Source: a virus
Length of the DNA: 64,000 nt
Virus record (IMG/VR): IMGVR_UViG_3300048033_001096
Location: 32,001 to 96,000 of that record
Direction: 5' to 3' (one strand)
A model generated the notes under the pieces. It was not told where the DNA came from and searched no databases. It was given only the letters and a program-made list of their open reading frames with translations. Numbering within the stretch: the first letter of the stretch is position 1; the number at the start of each line of letters is the position of its first letter. The translations under genes were made by a program, and so were the position numbers. Below are positions 8,262-17,979 of the stretch, one piece after another.

Positions 8262-9661
8262 AATAGATGTGCCAATTCTGGAAAAAAGTTTGCTGCGCAT
8301 AAACCTCTAATAGAATCTAGTTTATTTACATACTCTTTAAAGCCGGATAACAAATGACTGTTATCTTTCGAATCCATATGATTTAATAAGCCTTCCCATT
8401 GTCGCCATCCCTTAGGGTTATGTATCCAAAATTCATCATCCTGTGTAAAATTATCCCATAACCAATTTTTAAGTTCTGAAAATCGAACGTGTACATCTTG
8501 TTTATCTTTTTCAGGCAACATAGTAATATTAAGAAATGTAGGAATATGCACAAGGTGTGCATTTACTAATCCGCCTCCCATTACGTTACCGTCAATTAAT
8601 CCTATGTTTACTTTTTTAAAGTTACTGTTAACTTTCCACTTGATAAACTCTGGTATAGTTTTTATATTGAATATTTGTACTGCTGTTGCAATACTAATGT
8701 GTATGTTGTCAGGAGTGTCATCTAACAATCTTAATGTGCGTTCGACATCACTAAACTTTGTAGGAAAGCGTATATACTCGTCACGCTCTGCAAAGCTGTC
8801 AATACTAATAGCAAACTTAACTTTTTTAAATTTACTCCATAACTCAATTAGTTCTTCGTCAACAAGTATACCGTTTGAATTATAACGTAGTAGTATATTT
8901 TGTTCGTATCCTTGACGTACAATCTCTTCTAAGAAAGTTTTATGCTCGCGAATCATTAGAGGTTCGCCGCCAGCAAAGTACACTTGTTTTAGGTTAGGAA
9001 TTTGTGCATACAATTCATCCCAAAATTCTTTACGCTCATGCCACTTGTTATTAAACTCTTTTTTATCCCAACGCATTTGTTTTTTAACATCGTCATCTTG
9101 TAATACTGGAATAAGTTTTTGCCAGTCTGATACCCATTTACTACTATCATGCGGACTACACATTACACATTTAATGTTACAGGTATGTCCTAATCGTAAA
9201 TCTAAATATCTTAACTGTTCGGGCAATGTACCGTCAGTACTTGTCTGAGTGATTAGCTCTTCTACATCAATACCTTCATCATTCATCCAAGTAGCAGTTT
9301 CCCAAATACGCTTACTAACAATGCCCTGGGCTTCTTCGTCAAAGCATCCTTTACAACTTGCAGGTATTTTCCCTGCAAGCATAGTAGTACGAACACTTTT
9401 CATATAGTCGTTATTGAATGCTTCGAGCGGAGTATTACGAGCAAAGTTTGCAGGACGCCCATCTTCCATTTTAACAAGTCCTACTTCGTGATCTTCGCCT
9501 GCACCACTAGCATTAGCTGTACAACAAAGTCTCATATCACCATTAGGACGAGTTGCTAAATGTATCCAGGGCAGTATACAAAAAGTACACGACGACTTAG
9601 TTTCTAAGTCACGCTGAAACTTACCAAGTCTTGTATCATCCTTTGCATACCAATATTTCAT
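8258..9661 (-). CDS. Radical SAM enzyme with an N-terminal Twitch-like domain
   Basis: FCILPW...NG...CC...CKGC; CNIKCVMC; FAGGEPL; YNSNG. Confidence 0.9.
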   Translation of the reverse strand: MKYWYAKDDTRLGKFQRDLETKSSCTFCILPWIHLATRPNGDMRLCCTANASGAGEDHEVGLVKMEDGRPANFARNTPLEAFNNDYMKSVRTTMLAGKIPASCKGCFDEEAQGIVSKRIWETATWMNDEGIDVEELITQTSTDGTLPEQLRYLDLRLGHTCNIKCVMCSPHDSSKWVSDWQKLIPVLQDDDVKKQMRWDKKEFNNKWHERKEFWDELYAQIPNLKQVYFAGGEPLMIREHKTFLEEIVRQGYEQNILLRYNSNGILVDEELIELWSKFKKVKFAISIDSFAERDEYIRFPTKFSDVERTLRLLDDTPDNIHISIATAVQIFNIKTIPEFIKWKVNSNFKKVNIGLIDGNVMGGGLVNAHLVHIPTFLNITMLPEKDKQDVHVRFSELKNWLWDNFTQDDEFWIHNPKGWRQWEGLLNHMDSKDNSHLLSGFKEYVNKLDSIRGLCAANFFPELAHLL

Positions 9662-10260
9662 TTCTTTTTACCAATTATCATATAGCGTTCATACTTTGGT
9701 GTATCTAATGTTCCTCTATACAAAGGCTTTATTTTACTCATACGTGTAAAGTCTGTTAAATCTATAGCACAACGAACATGCTCATCGTGTGTAAAATAGT
9801 TATTGCTCTGAAGTACAATTAATGCATCATCTGGCTGATTGTCTAGCCAGGTTACATACTGTTCTTGTGTAATATGTTCGCAACTGGTGTTTATAACTAC
9901 ATCAGCATTAGTAGTGTATTCGCACATGTCTGCTGTTACAGCACTAAACTTACCTTGCATCTCTTGACGCTTGTTTACTGTGTTTGCTATATCTTTGCAC
10001 ACAGGGTCTATATCCACGCTTGTAATGCTGTTTAACGGTAGGCGACTGTTAAAGAGTATACTTGCCAGCACTCCGTTCCAACCACCGTATATGACTATGC
10101 TATTCTGTTTTGTTTTGGATATTGTATTATATAACTCTGTTGCTAACCAAACTTTACTATTAACTTGACCTTTCCAAAAACTTTCAAGTGTGCGATAACG
10201 ATCATCGCTGTTGCGAACTGCATCCATCCAAAAAAGTACGTCTTGTATATCAACTTTCAT
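9658..10260 (-). CDS. Class I SAM-dependent methyltransferase-like protein
   Basis: IVIYGGWNG (motif I), SVDIDP (acidic motif II), TADM, DVVINTSCEH. Confidence 0.75.
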   Translation of the reverse strand: MKVDIQDVLFWMDAVRNSDDRYRTLESFWKGQVNSKVWLATELYNTISKTKQNSIVIYGGWNGVLASILFNSRLPLNSITSVDIDPVCKDIANTVNKRQEMQGKFSAVTADMCEYTTNADVVINTSCEHITQEQYVTWLDNQPDDALIVLQSNNYFTHDEHVRCAIDLTDFTRMSKIKPLYRGTLDTPKYERYMIIGKKK

Positions 10261-11240
10261 ATTTTTCTCTTTGGTATTTTTGAGTCAGCACTGCTTACAC
10301 AACTAGGTGTAATGCACTTAGATGGTGCTTTAAACAGCTCAAATCCGCCGTCTAACGTGCCTAAGGGGGCGTCGTGGCAACTGTAGCTGCGCTTAACTTC
10401 GTTCTCACGTATAACGCATCCTTGATAGCCTGCGTTACAAGTCCATCCTTCAAACTTGTTAAAACCAAACGCATTAAAACGCTCTGCTTGATCTAACTCG
10501 TACTCTATTCCTTTATCGTCATAGAGTGCGATTTGGGCAATTTGCTCACCTCTCCATTTTTGAGGGAAGCCTTGTCGCATTCTTGTGATCTGGTCTTTAG
10601 TGTATCCATGTACCACGTGGGAGGCGGTAGGATCGGACTGGGGCTTGAGAGTAACGTTAATACCTCTGGCGGCAAATCGTTCCAAACGCTCGTAAAGTGC
10701 TTCAAACATTTCTGGAACCATAACTTGATTGATTGTAACATGTGTTCCTCCATTCATTAGTTGCAAGCATTTGTCTCCAAACTCTTGCTCGTTTGCAAAC
10801 TCTGCATGATAACTTGCCGTTATACTTCTGCGTTGCAAAGTCTTAGTGCTGTCTAACCATTTGCGCCACCATTTACTACCTGGAGACAAGTTTGTGGTCA
10901 TATGTATACTTTGGTACTCGGGTGCTGTATCACTACAGTAATGATCTACGATCTCCCCAAAGTATTTATATGCAGTAGGCTCGCCGCCTGAGAAACTAAA
11001 GTGAAAATCGGTGAAGTTATTTGCACGAGCCTGTGCTTTGATACTATCCATGGCCTTTAAGTACGTTTCTAGATCTTGGTGGTCCGGGGTACTAGATCTA
11101 GCGTATGGCCAGCAATAAGAGCAGTTATAATTACAAAATCTAGCCAGGATCCACGAAACCGTGAAAAGATGGCTCTTTAGGAGGGTTTTCTGCCCAAAGT
11201 GGGTAATATTATCCCAGGGTATATTTGTTGTTGTCGTCAT
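10257..11240 (-). CDS. Radical SAM enzyme with a C-terminal SPASM/Twitch-like domain
   Basis: CNYNCSYC, FSGGEPT, MTTNLS; C-terminal WTCNAG...SC...CITPSC. Confidence 0.9.
   Translation of the reverse strand: MTTTTNIPWDNITHFGQKTLLKSHLFTVSWILARFCNYNCSYCWPYARSSTPDHQDLETYLKAMDSIKAQARANNFTDFHFSFSGGEPTAYKYFGEIVDHYCSDTAPEYQSIHMTTNLSPGSKWWRKWLDSTKTLQRRSITASYHAEFANEQEFGDKCLQLMNGGTHVTINQVMVPEMFEALYERLERFAARGINVTLKPQSDPTASHVVHGYTKDQITRMRQGFPQKWRGEQIAQIALYDDKGIEYELDQAERFNAFGFNKFEGWTCNAGYQGCVIRENEVKRSYSCHDAPLGTLDGGFELFKAPSKCITPSCVSSADSKIPKRKI
10505..10741 (-). CDS. Candidate nested (+1 frame) Pro-rich 78-aa peptide inside the radical SAM gene
   Basis: GGAGG (10751-10747) lies 5 nt before ATG 10741. The host frame shows a run of C-ending codons that yields LPPEVL...SPSPILPPP in this frame. 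Confidence 0.3.
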   Translation of the reverse strand: MLQSIKLWFQKCLKHFTSVWNDLPPEVLTLLSSPSPILPPPTWYMDTLKTRSQECDKASLKNGEVSKLPKSHSMTIKE

Positions 11241-12270
11241 AAATTAATTTACTACACTGTCTTGCACATGTCATGCATTTGTTTTTTCCTTGCCAAAAAT
11301 CTGGCAGTTTTTTAAATAAATTTTCATTACTATCTAATACACCGTCGTGACAGTTTGGAATACCTACAGTCTTTAATATACTTTTGGTATTATCTACACT
11401 TAAATTTCTTAGAAAATGTATAGGTAGTTTTTCTTCTAATGGGTGTTCTAAATAGTCGCCGCCTAACCAACAACACGGAAATATATTGCCATAAGGATCA
11501 ACATAAATGCCTTTATCAGTTACACATTTAGGATCTATAGTTGCTGCTTCAATTGCAGCGTTTCGTACTTCTTCATCTACTAGTGCGTTTAAACTTTTAT
11601 TAGGTGTACGTTTAAAACGTTCTGTTTGTGCAGGCTTAATAGTATATTCTACTTTGCCTTCATAGTCATGCACTTCATATTCTTTCATTTCGTAAAAGCG
11701 TGTAGTACTTACAAAATTAACACCCTTTACACCTAAACTTAACAAGTAATCTTCGAGTAAGTCTGCTTCTAATTCGTTATGTGCAAACACTAAACTATCA
11801 ACTCTTGCTGTACCGCCTGCATTAATAAATGCAGTCATGTTTTCAATTACTTTATCAAACTTTGTATTTTTACGATATAGTTCGTGCTTGCCTTTAAATC
11901 CATCTACTGCAAAGATTACTTCAATATTGTATTGTGCAAGTTTAGCCCACCATACAGGATTACGCATGCCGCCATTAGTGTGTATTGCTAACCTTACTGT
12001 AGGATTACATTCGCGCACATATGCATATATTTCTAAGCAATCGTTAGCAAATGCAGGATCACCATAATTACCACAACTATAAAAATTTTCTAACTGTTGT
12101 AAAAATTGTTTAGGAAACCATTCCTTAAATTGTACTAGCCCCATGTCTCCATTACGGATAAACGGACGAGTTGCTCCTCCGTGATAATTCCTAGCACACA
12201 TTGGACATTGTGCTTGACATTTATCTGTAAGTTCGATATGAACCGTTTTAATATCAGATACTAACTGCAT
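11209..12270 (-). CDS. Radical SAM enzyme with a C-terminal SPASM/Twitch domain
   Basis: CQAQCPMC, CGNYGDP, HTNG; C-terminal KC...YVDPYGNIFPCC...CMTCARQC. Confidence 0.9.
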   Translation of the reverse strand: MQLVSDIKTVHIELTDKCQAQCPMCARNYHGGATRPFIRNGDMGLVQFKEWFPKQFLQQLENFYSCGNYGDPAFANDCLEIYAYVRECNPTVRLAIHTNGGMRNPVWWAKLAQYNIEVIFAVDGFKGKHELYRKNTKFDKVIENMTAFINAGGTARVDSLVFAHNELEADLLEDYLLSLGVKGVNFVSTTRFYEMKEYEVHDYEGKVEYTIKPAQTERFKRTPNKSLNALVDEEVRNAAIEAATIDPKCVTDKGIYVDPYGNIFPCCWLGGDYLEHPLEEKLPIHFLRNLSVDNTKSILKTVGIPNCHDGVLDSNENLFKKLPDFWQGKNKCMTCARQCSKLIYDDNNKYTLG

Positions 12271-14188
12271 TAAACTGTTCCTTTAGCCAATCAAAATCAT
12301 TAATTAAATTTAACTGATTTGGGCTATTGCGATTATCATTACCCCAAGCACAGCCACTGCGAGCGCCGTGAATAGCGTATTTTCCAAACAGTGTATCTGA
12401 TCCCATTTTGCACCAGGTGCTAAGTCTTTCTTCTGTTTCATTATCTACTTGTCCTCGTATTGTTTTAGATGATAGTTTACAGCACTCTCTAAATGCGCTC
12501 TTCCATGTTGAAAAGGCATCTGTATCAAATGCTGTTATGTTGCTTACACTTTCCATAGCATTAAACTTAGAACTAATACTTGTTGTCATATCAGTTTTAG
12601 TTGTATCCATATTAAGTGTTTCATTTACAGGAAACAATTTAATACCGCCATAGCCATATTCTAAATTGTTAATAGGGTTACGACTTCGCCAAACAAAGAC
12701 TTGATCTCTTTGCCATTTAGGTACTTGATGTTCGAAGGTAAAATCCTCTAACACTTGTGCATCACCATCTACAACAAAAAACATATTTGTTGTACATATC
12801 TTTGCTGCTTCTATGTGTGCTTGATGTATTCCTTTTATACCATGTACACGTTTTGCTCTTGGAAAACGTTGTTTAAGCATAGTATAGTTATCATCTGCGT
12901 TAGGTTCGTTATAAGAAATGAATACAATATCATAAGGCTTAGGCGTACTAACAGTTATATCAATTTCTTTTTTATTTACAAAAAATCTATAATCAAATTC
13001 TCGTTGCGCAAGTGGTTTGTCTTTATGAATTAAGAACACTCCGTCGTGATATTTGTCGTTTTTAAATACATGAATATTATCACGCTCGTAGTAAGGTATG
13101 TGATATTTAAAATCCCACGATACATCTACATCATTAGGTATAACATAGAAAAAGTCTGTGTTAACTTTTTTTCTTAACTTACAAAACTCTTCGTATGTGT
13201 TTACTACGATATTATCGTATGCCAGCGAATCACTTGCTACAGTATTGTGTTCTTTTTTGTTTGTGATAAATTTATACTTAAATTCACGCTCGCTTATAGA
13301 TGCATGTTTACTACATAGAACAATACCATCATAATAGTCACCGTTTTTAAATACATGATTTATTTTTCTGTCGTACTCATTGTCGTGACTAAAATACATT
13401 TCAAATTTAAAATCTTCACGCACTTGTACATGCGGAGGTATCATCCAAAACAATTCTGTTTCAACACTGTTTAAAAAAGACAAATATTCTTCATAAGTAT
13501 TAACGACACAAATTTCGTATTGTCTAGGACCACTTACAACATCGTCCCATTGTTTTGCATTTACTAAGAACCTGTAGTCAATTTGTTTTTTGTTAAGTGG
13601 CTTGTTTTTCGAACATAAGAATACGCCATTGTATAATTTCCTTCCATCAACATCATGTACAAATGCATGATTTTCCTTTCTATCGTAACTATTGTGGTGA
13701 CTAAAATAAAAGTTGTTTATGTATGTTTGATCATATTTTAAATTGCGCGATACTGCCCAAAACATTTCTGTTGAGCTGTTTTCTAATGCATACTCATATT
13801 CTTCCCAAGTGTCAATATAAAATAAATCAAACGGCTTAGGAGTACTTGCTACTATGTCTACTTCTTTCTTGTTTATAAAGAATCTATGGCGAATCTCGCG
13901 TTCTGCTATTTCAGCACGTTTTGGTACAAGTATTATACCGTCATAAGTTTCACCATTTAAAAATGTGTGGATATAGTTCTGACTGTAATCGTCTACACGA
14001 TAATCAAATTTAAAATCATCTGCAATATTAATATCAGGCCAAACGATCCAAAACATTTTTGTAAACACAATCGACTGTGCATCTTTAATGCTGTTAGCAG
14101 ACTTTGCTCTTGGATATTCTTGTTTTAATTTATTCCAAGAATCTTTTGCATAGGCTGTACTGTCATTTATAAAAACGATGTCATACAT
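12254..14188 (-). CDS. GT-A (GT2-like) glycosyltransferase preceded by four degenerate tandem copies of the domain
   Basis: C-terminal YDIVFISYNEP...AH...FFVVDGD (DxD)...YGYGGIKL. Four upstream ~100-aa repeats. Likely start ATG 14188 (track: 14203). Confidence 0.7.
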   Translation of the reverse strand: MYDIVFINDSTAYAKDSWNKLKQEYPRAKSANSIKDAQSIVFTKMFWIVWPDINIADDFKFDYRVDDYSQNYIHTFLNGETYDGIILVPKRAEIAEREIRHRFFINKKEVDIVASTPKPFDLFYIDTWEEYEYALENSSTEMFWAVSRNLKYDQTYINNFYFSHHNSYDRKENHAFVHDVDGRKLYNGVFLCSKNKPLNKKQIDYRFLVNAKQWDDVVSGPRQYEICVVNTYEEYLSFLNSVETELFWMIPPHVQVREDFKFEMYFSHDNEYDRKINHVFKNGDYYDGIVLCSKHASISEREFKYKFITNKKEHNTVASDSLAYDNIVVNTYEEFCKLRKKVNTDFFYVIPNDVDVSWDFKYHIPYYERDNIHVFKNDKYHDGVFLIHKDKPLAQREFDYRFFVNKKEIDITVSTPKPYDIVFISYNEPNADDNYTMLKQRFPRAKRVHGIKGIHQAHIEAAKICTTNMFFVVDGDAQVLEDFTFEHQVPKWQRDQVFVWRSRNPINNLEYGYGGIKLFPVNETLNMDTTKTDMTTSISSKFNAMESVSNITAFDTDAFSTWKSAFRECCKLSSKTIRGQVDNETEERLSTWCKMGSDTLFGKYAIHGARSGCAWGNDNRNSPNQLNLINDFDWLKEQFNAVSI

Positions 14189-14194
14189 TATATT

Positions 14195-14223
14195 ATAGTA
14201 CACTCATTCATACATCATGTCAA
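14195..14223 (-). promoter_or_regulatory. Sigma70-type promoter internal to the cluster
   Basis: TTGACA (14223-14218) - 17 nt - TACTAT (14200-14195), just upstream of the repeat glycosyltransferase. Confidence 0.55.
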
Positions 14224-15517
14224 CAAAAAGTTGAATAAATTTACCGTCCATTTTCTTATTAAAGAATTTTTCTTTATTTTTCTTTAAAAAAGGTTTAATC
14301 TCATTTATTATATTATCAATTTCGTCTTTAGGAAGTTTTTCTATATGTTTTATATTTCTTACTATATATTCTACTCTTTTTACAGAATAATATATTGTAT
14401 CATATTTTTGATCAACTAATTCATTAAACGTAAAATAACCTTCATTGTTAAGATAAGCAACTGAGTCAACTGGTCCTATAATAGCAAACGGATGTCCAAT
14501 TGCAATATGTTGCCAGGTTCTTAAATCAGTACTTAAACTTGCAACTTCCGGTTTGTATTCTGTATTAAAATTAATATCGTGTTCGGCACAAATTATTGTA
14601 AACAAAGAATCAGTATAATGTTTAATATCATATTCTAAAATGTCTTCTGCTTGTTTTATTTTAGAATCATACTTTTCTATATGTTTGATTGTTCCTAATT
14701 TTTGATGTTTTTCAACTGTCGATTTTTTAGGATCAACATATGCTGTTGTTAATTCTTTTTTTAGTTTATATTTTTCTAAAATAAAATTAAAATATCCATT
14801 ATCGTAAGTTTGCTTGTTTATTAATTCTAACAATAAAGATATATCATGATCTCGCTTAGACGTTGATACATTAAAAATTTTAGTTGGATTCCAGTTATCT
14901 AAGTCAAGTTTCTCATCGTTTGATTTTTTTAAAAACTTGTCTGTATGAGAAATCCAATGTAAACTAGACTCGTTGTTACGGACTTTAAATATTAGCTGTC
15001 CGTAAACTTGCCACCAATCAAATCCATAAACATGTTTTGTGTCTAATAAATTTCTATACACATTGTTTAGTTCGCCTAACACAATATAGATATTATCTTT
15101 ATCTATTCCAGATTCTACTAGCTCGTTAATTCGTTCTTTTAATAATTTAATATAATACGAGCCGCCGGTAATTCTCGGCGCAAGAATTAATAATTTCATC
15201 TTACCTTTTTTAATTAACGATTTTGCTCTAGCTGACGGAACATTAGACAAGTTTCTATTCCAGCCATAATGAAAATGGTTTAATTCTATAGGATAAAATA
15301 AATTCTTTGCAAACTTGGCTTTTTTGGTATACAATTTAGCAGCAACTTTATGTGCTTTCATTACGAAATAAAATGTGTTAAATTTTGCAATAGGCGAATG
15401 TGTGCGATAATTTTTAACATACGGAATTTGTCGAGCATCATTAGTTAATGCAATTTCTTCAGCACCATTTGGAGCAGGCACTCCATCTATAATATTATCG
15501 TAGTATAAGTTTATCAT
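14204..15517 (-). CDS. Hypothetical protein with a possible degenerate glycosyltransferase-like (GT-B/GT10-like) C-terminus
   Basis: C-terminal YTDSLFTIICAE...HPFAIIG...YL...GYFTF...YD resembles TEK-motif phage GT-like proteins but lacks TEK. Likely start ATG 15517. Confidence 0.4.
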   Translation of the reverse strand: MINLYYDNIIDGVPAPNGAEEIALTNDARQIPYVKNYRTHSPIAKFNTFYFVMKAHKVAAKLYTKKAKFAKNLFYPIELNHFHYGWNRNLSNVPSARAKSLIKKGKMKLLILAPRITGGSYYIKLLKERINELVESGIDKDNIYIVLGELNNVYRNLLDTKHVYGFDWWQVYGQLIFKVRNNESSLHWISHTDKFLKKSNDEKLDLDNWNPTKIFNVSTSKRDHDISLLLELINKQTYDNGYFNFILEKYKLKKELTTAYVDPKKSTVEKHQKLGTIKHIEKYDSKIKQAEDILEYDIKHYTDSLFTIICAEHDINFNTEYKPEVASLSTDLRTWQHIAIGHPFAIIGPVDSVAYLNNEGYFTFNELVDQKYDTIYYSVKRVEYIVRNIKHIEKLPKDEIDNIINEIKPFLKKNKEKFFNKKMDGKFIQLFVDMMYE

Positions 15518-16673
15518 GCCAGTCTTTAAATATCTCTGCGTAACTTTGTTTGCGTATAACATCTAAGCGTTCGTTTTCTTTAAAAAATTGCTCAAATGCT
15601 AGTGGGTTTGGTTCTTGACTTAAAAAATTATTTATACTGTCATAGAACGGCATACCTGCAATCTTGTCTAGTACTGCACGTTTAGCATGATCGGGTGCAT
15701 TTGCTGCACTGTAATAGTTAGGATGGTGTACCATGTTATGCGAAACATATACACCTTTACTTCTAAAGAACTCCCAAAACTCTTTAATATAATAAATATT
15801 CATTATGCTTATTGTTTGCAAGACATAGCACTTATGTCCAAGACTATGTAGCCAGTCAAATGCTTTAATAGTATTATCCCATTTAGCAGGATGGCGTAAG
15901 TAAGTATTGCGATCTTCCAAACAATCAATACTTACCATAAATTCAACTTGTGCAAATTTGTTCCACAAATCTATGTACTTGTCATTTATAATTGTGCTGT
16001 TAGTACTATAAACTAATGTAATATTCTTAGCTAAGTCTTTATCAATAAGAAACTCTAAAAACTTCATATGTTTGTCTACAAGCAATGGTTCTCCGCCATT
16101 GATATAGACTTTACGTGTATTGTCACAATGTTCTGCTAAGTTAGCCCAAAAACGTTCGTCTAAAGGCCAGTCAAACATACTCTGCGGCATGTCAAATTTA
16201 CGCTCGTTTAGTTTTTCCCAATCACGTATCCATTTAGAACTGCTTTGTGGATTACATGAGCGACATGCTAGGTTGCATATATTACCTAAACGTAGCTCAA
16301 TAAATTCAAAGCTAACTTTGTCTAGTGTTCCGTCTGCTTGTGTAATACTGTGTGCATCATCTATGCTAAAGTCTAGTAAATTAGTGTCACGGGTGCGTTT
16401 GCTTTCGTTACCTAATTCTTCTAATTTATAACACTTAGCACAAGGCGCCGGTTTTTTACCGTCTAGCATGTCTTTGCGTACTTGTTTAAACAAGTCGCTA
16501 TTCATAATTTTATCAAAGTCGTACTCTGTGTTGTGTAGTGTGATAAACTCACGTGGCAAGTTTTGCGATTCACTTGCACGATTAGTCATATCGCTTTCGC
16601 AACAAAGTGTAACACTACCGTGTGGATGTGTTGCTAGGTGTGTCCACGGTAATGGGCAAAATGTTTTACTCAA
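15495..16673 (-). CDS. Radical SAM enzyme with an N-terminal Twitch-like domain
   Basis: FCPLPW...CC...CAKC; CNLACRSC; INGGEPL. Likely start TTG 16673. Confidence 0.9.
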   Translation of the reverse strand: MSKTFCPLPWTHLATHPHGSVTLCCESDMTNRASESQNLPREFITLHNTEYDFDKIMNSDLFKQVRKDMLDGKKPAPCAKCYKLEELGNESKRTRDTNLLDFSIDDAHSITQADGTLDKVSFEFIELRLGNICNLACRSCNPQSSSKWIRDWEKLNERKFDMPQSMFDWPLDERFWANLAEHCDNTRKVYINGGEPLLVDKHMKFLEFLIDKDLAKNITLVYSTNSTIINDKYIDLWNKFAQVEFMVSIDCLEDRNTYLRHPAKWDNTIKAFDWLHSLGHKCYVLQTISIMNIYYIKEFWEFFRSKGVYVSHNMVHHPNYYSAANAPDHAKRAVLDKIAGMPFYDSINNFLSQEPNPLAFEQFFKENERLDVIRKQSYAEIFKDWHDKLILR

Positions 16674-17979
16674 TGCTATCCCACCATTCCTTGCCTGCGT
16701 CACTTAGTGTGTCTCTAAATGTGACATCTTGTGTTCTAATACTTTCTAAGAACAATATGTTCTTCTTACCTCTGCGCCAGCCGTCTGCATAGTTAATGTA
16801 TTCTTCTTCAAATGTTTTGCGCTCTAGCATATTTTCAAGTGTTTCTTGATAGACACGAGTTTTATGTGTTACTCTAGGCTTGATATAGTCCAACAGTTTG
16901 TGTATTTGTTCATCTAATACATGTCTCGGCAAACACATAGGACTCATAAGTACACTAGGATCAAATGCAAAGGTAATTTTAAAGTAGCTCTTTACATCTA
17001 GCTCGGTAACTACGTCGAACATACGCTGTAAATCAAAAAGTCCTGGTGTTGTTAGTGTAACATCAAACACCATTGCGTCATTGCCGTACTTGTCAATAAG
17101 AAACATACCATCTTTAAAGTTTTGTAGCCACTCGTTCCATTTGAGTCCTGTTCTAATGTACTCGCCAACAGCACCTACACCGTCTATACTGGCACAAATA
17201 TTAACACGTTTAAAGTTGTCTAACATTTCATACAGTTTATAGTCTTTGTAGTGTGTCCTACTCAAGTTTGTATTGTAGCGTACAACTACATCTTGGCTTT
17301 TTCCTTCATTAACTAGCTGTTGCATAATGCGCCAATGTATGTCATACATAAGTGGCTCGCCGCCTACCCAGTATAACTCCTCTACAATGCCTTTATCAAC
17401 TGCTGTTTGTAGTTCTGTTTCAAGAACTTCCTTTTGAAATGTAGCAATCTTCTTTCGTGTATCAGGTTGCATCCATTTTTCACGATCAAGGTTGACTACA
17501 TTGTGTTTTATCTTTTCTGTTTCCCAACTAGAGCTTAGTTGCTCGCCACACATACGACATTTAAAGTTGCACAAGTTTGAAATACGATAGTCATAACTTA
17601 TAGGCTGCATAGTTGTATAACCATCAGAGTCGGTTTTTGCAATAATATCGTCGATTTTGTGTGGGAAAAGTGTGTTAGTAAAATAATTTTTGTATGTATG
17701 AAGATTTAGTACTTGATTATTGCAAACATCGCATTGACTAATCTTCTCTCCTGCAAGAATGCGTTTTCTAATGTCTTTCATGTATTCGCTATTCCAGTGT
17801 TCTTCTAGACTTACTGGTGCAAATTCTGCATTGTCGTTGTCGCCTGCGTCTATATATTGCTTTTGAAAACTTGCATCTTCACGACTTGCACAACACAATC
17901 TACGCTCGCCTTGCGGGCTAACGTATGTATGTGTCCAAGGTGCTGTACAAAAGTATGGTCCTAAGTTTTTATCAGTCAT
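16666..17979 (-). CDS. Radical SAM enzyme with an N-terminal Twitch-like domain
   Basis: FCTAPW...CC...CDVC; CNFKCRMC; WVGGEPL. Confidence 0.9.
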   Translation of the reverse strand: MTDKNLGPYFCTAPWTHTYVSPQGERRLCCASREDASFQKQYIDAGDNDNAEFAPVSLEEHWNSEYMKDIRKRILAGEKISQCDVCNNQVLNLHTYKNYFTNTLFPHKIDDIIAKTDSDGYTTMQPISYDYRISNLCNFKCRMCGEQLSSSWETEKIKHNVVNLDREKWMQPDTRKKIATFQKEVLETELQTAVDKGIVEELYWVGGEPLMYDIHWRIMQQLVNEGKSQDVVVRYNTNLSRTHYKDYKLYEMLDNFKRVNICASIDGVGAVGEYIRTGLKWNEWLQNFKDGMFLIDKYGNDAMVFDVTLTTPGLFDLQRMFDVVTELDVKSYFKITFAFDPSVLMSPMCLPRHVLDEQIHKLLDYIKPRVTHKTRVYQETLENMLERKTFEEEYINYADGWRRGKKNILFLESIRTQDVTFRDTLSDAGKEWWDSIE

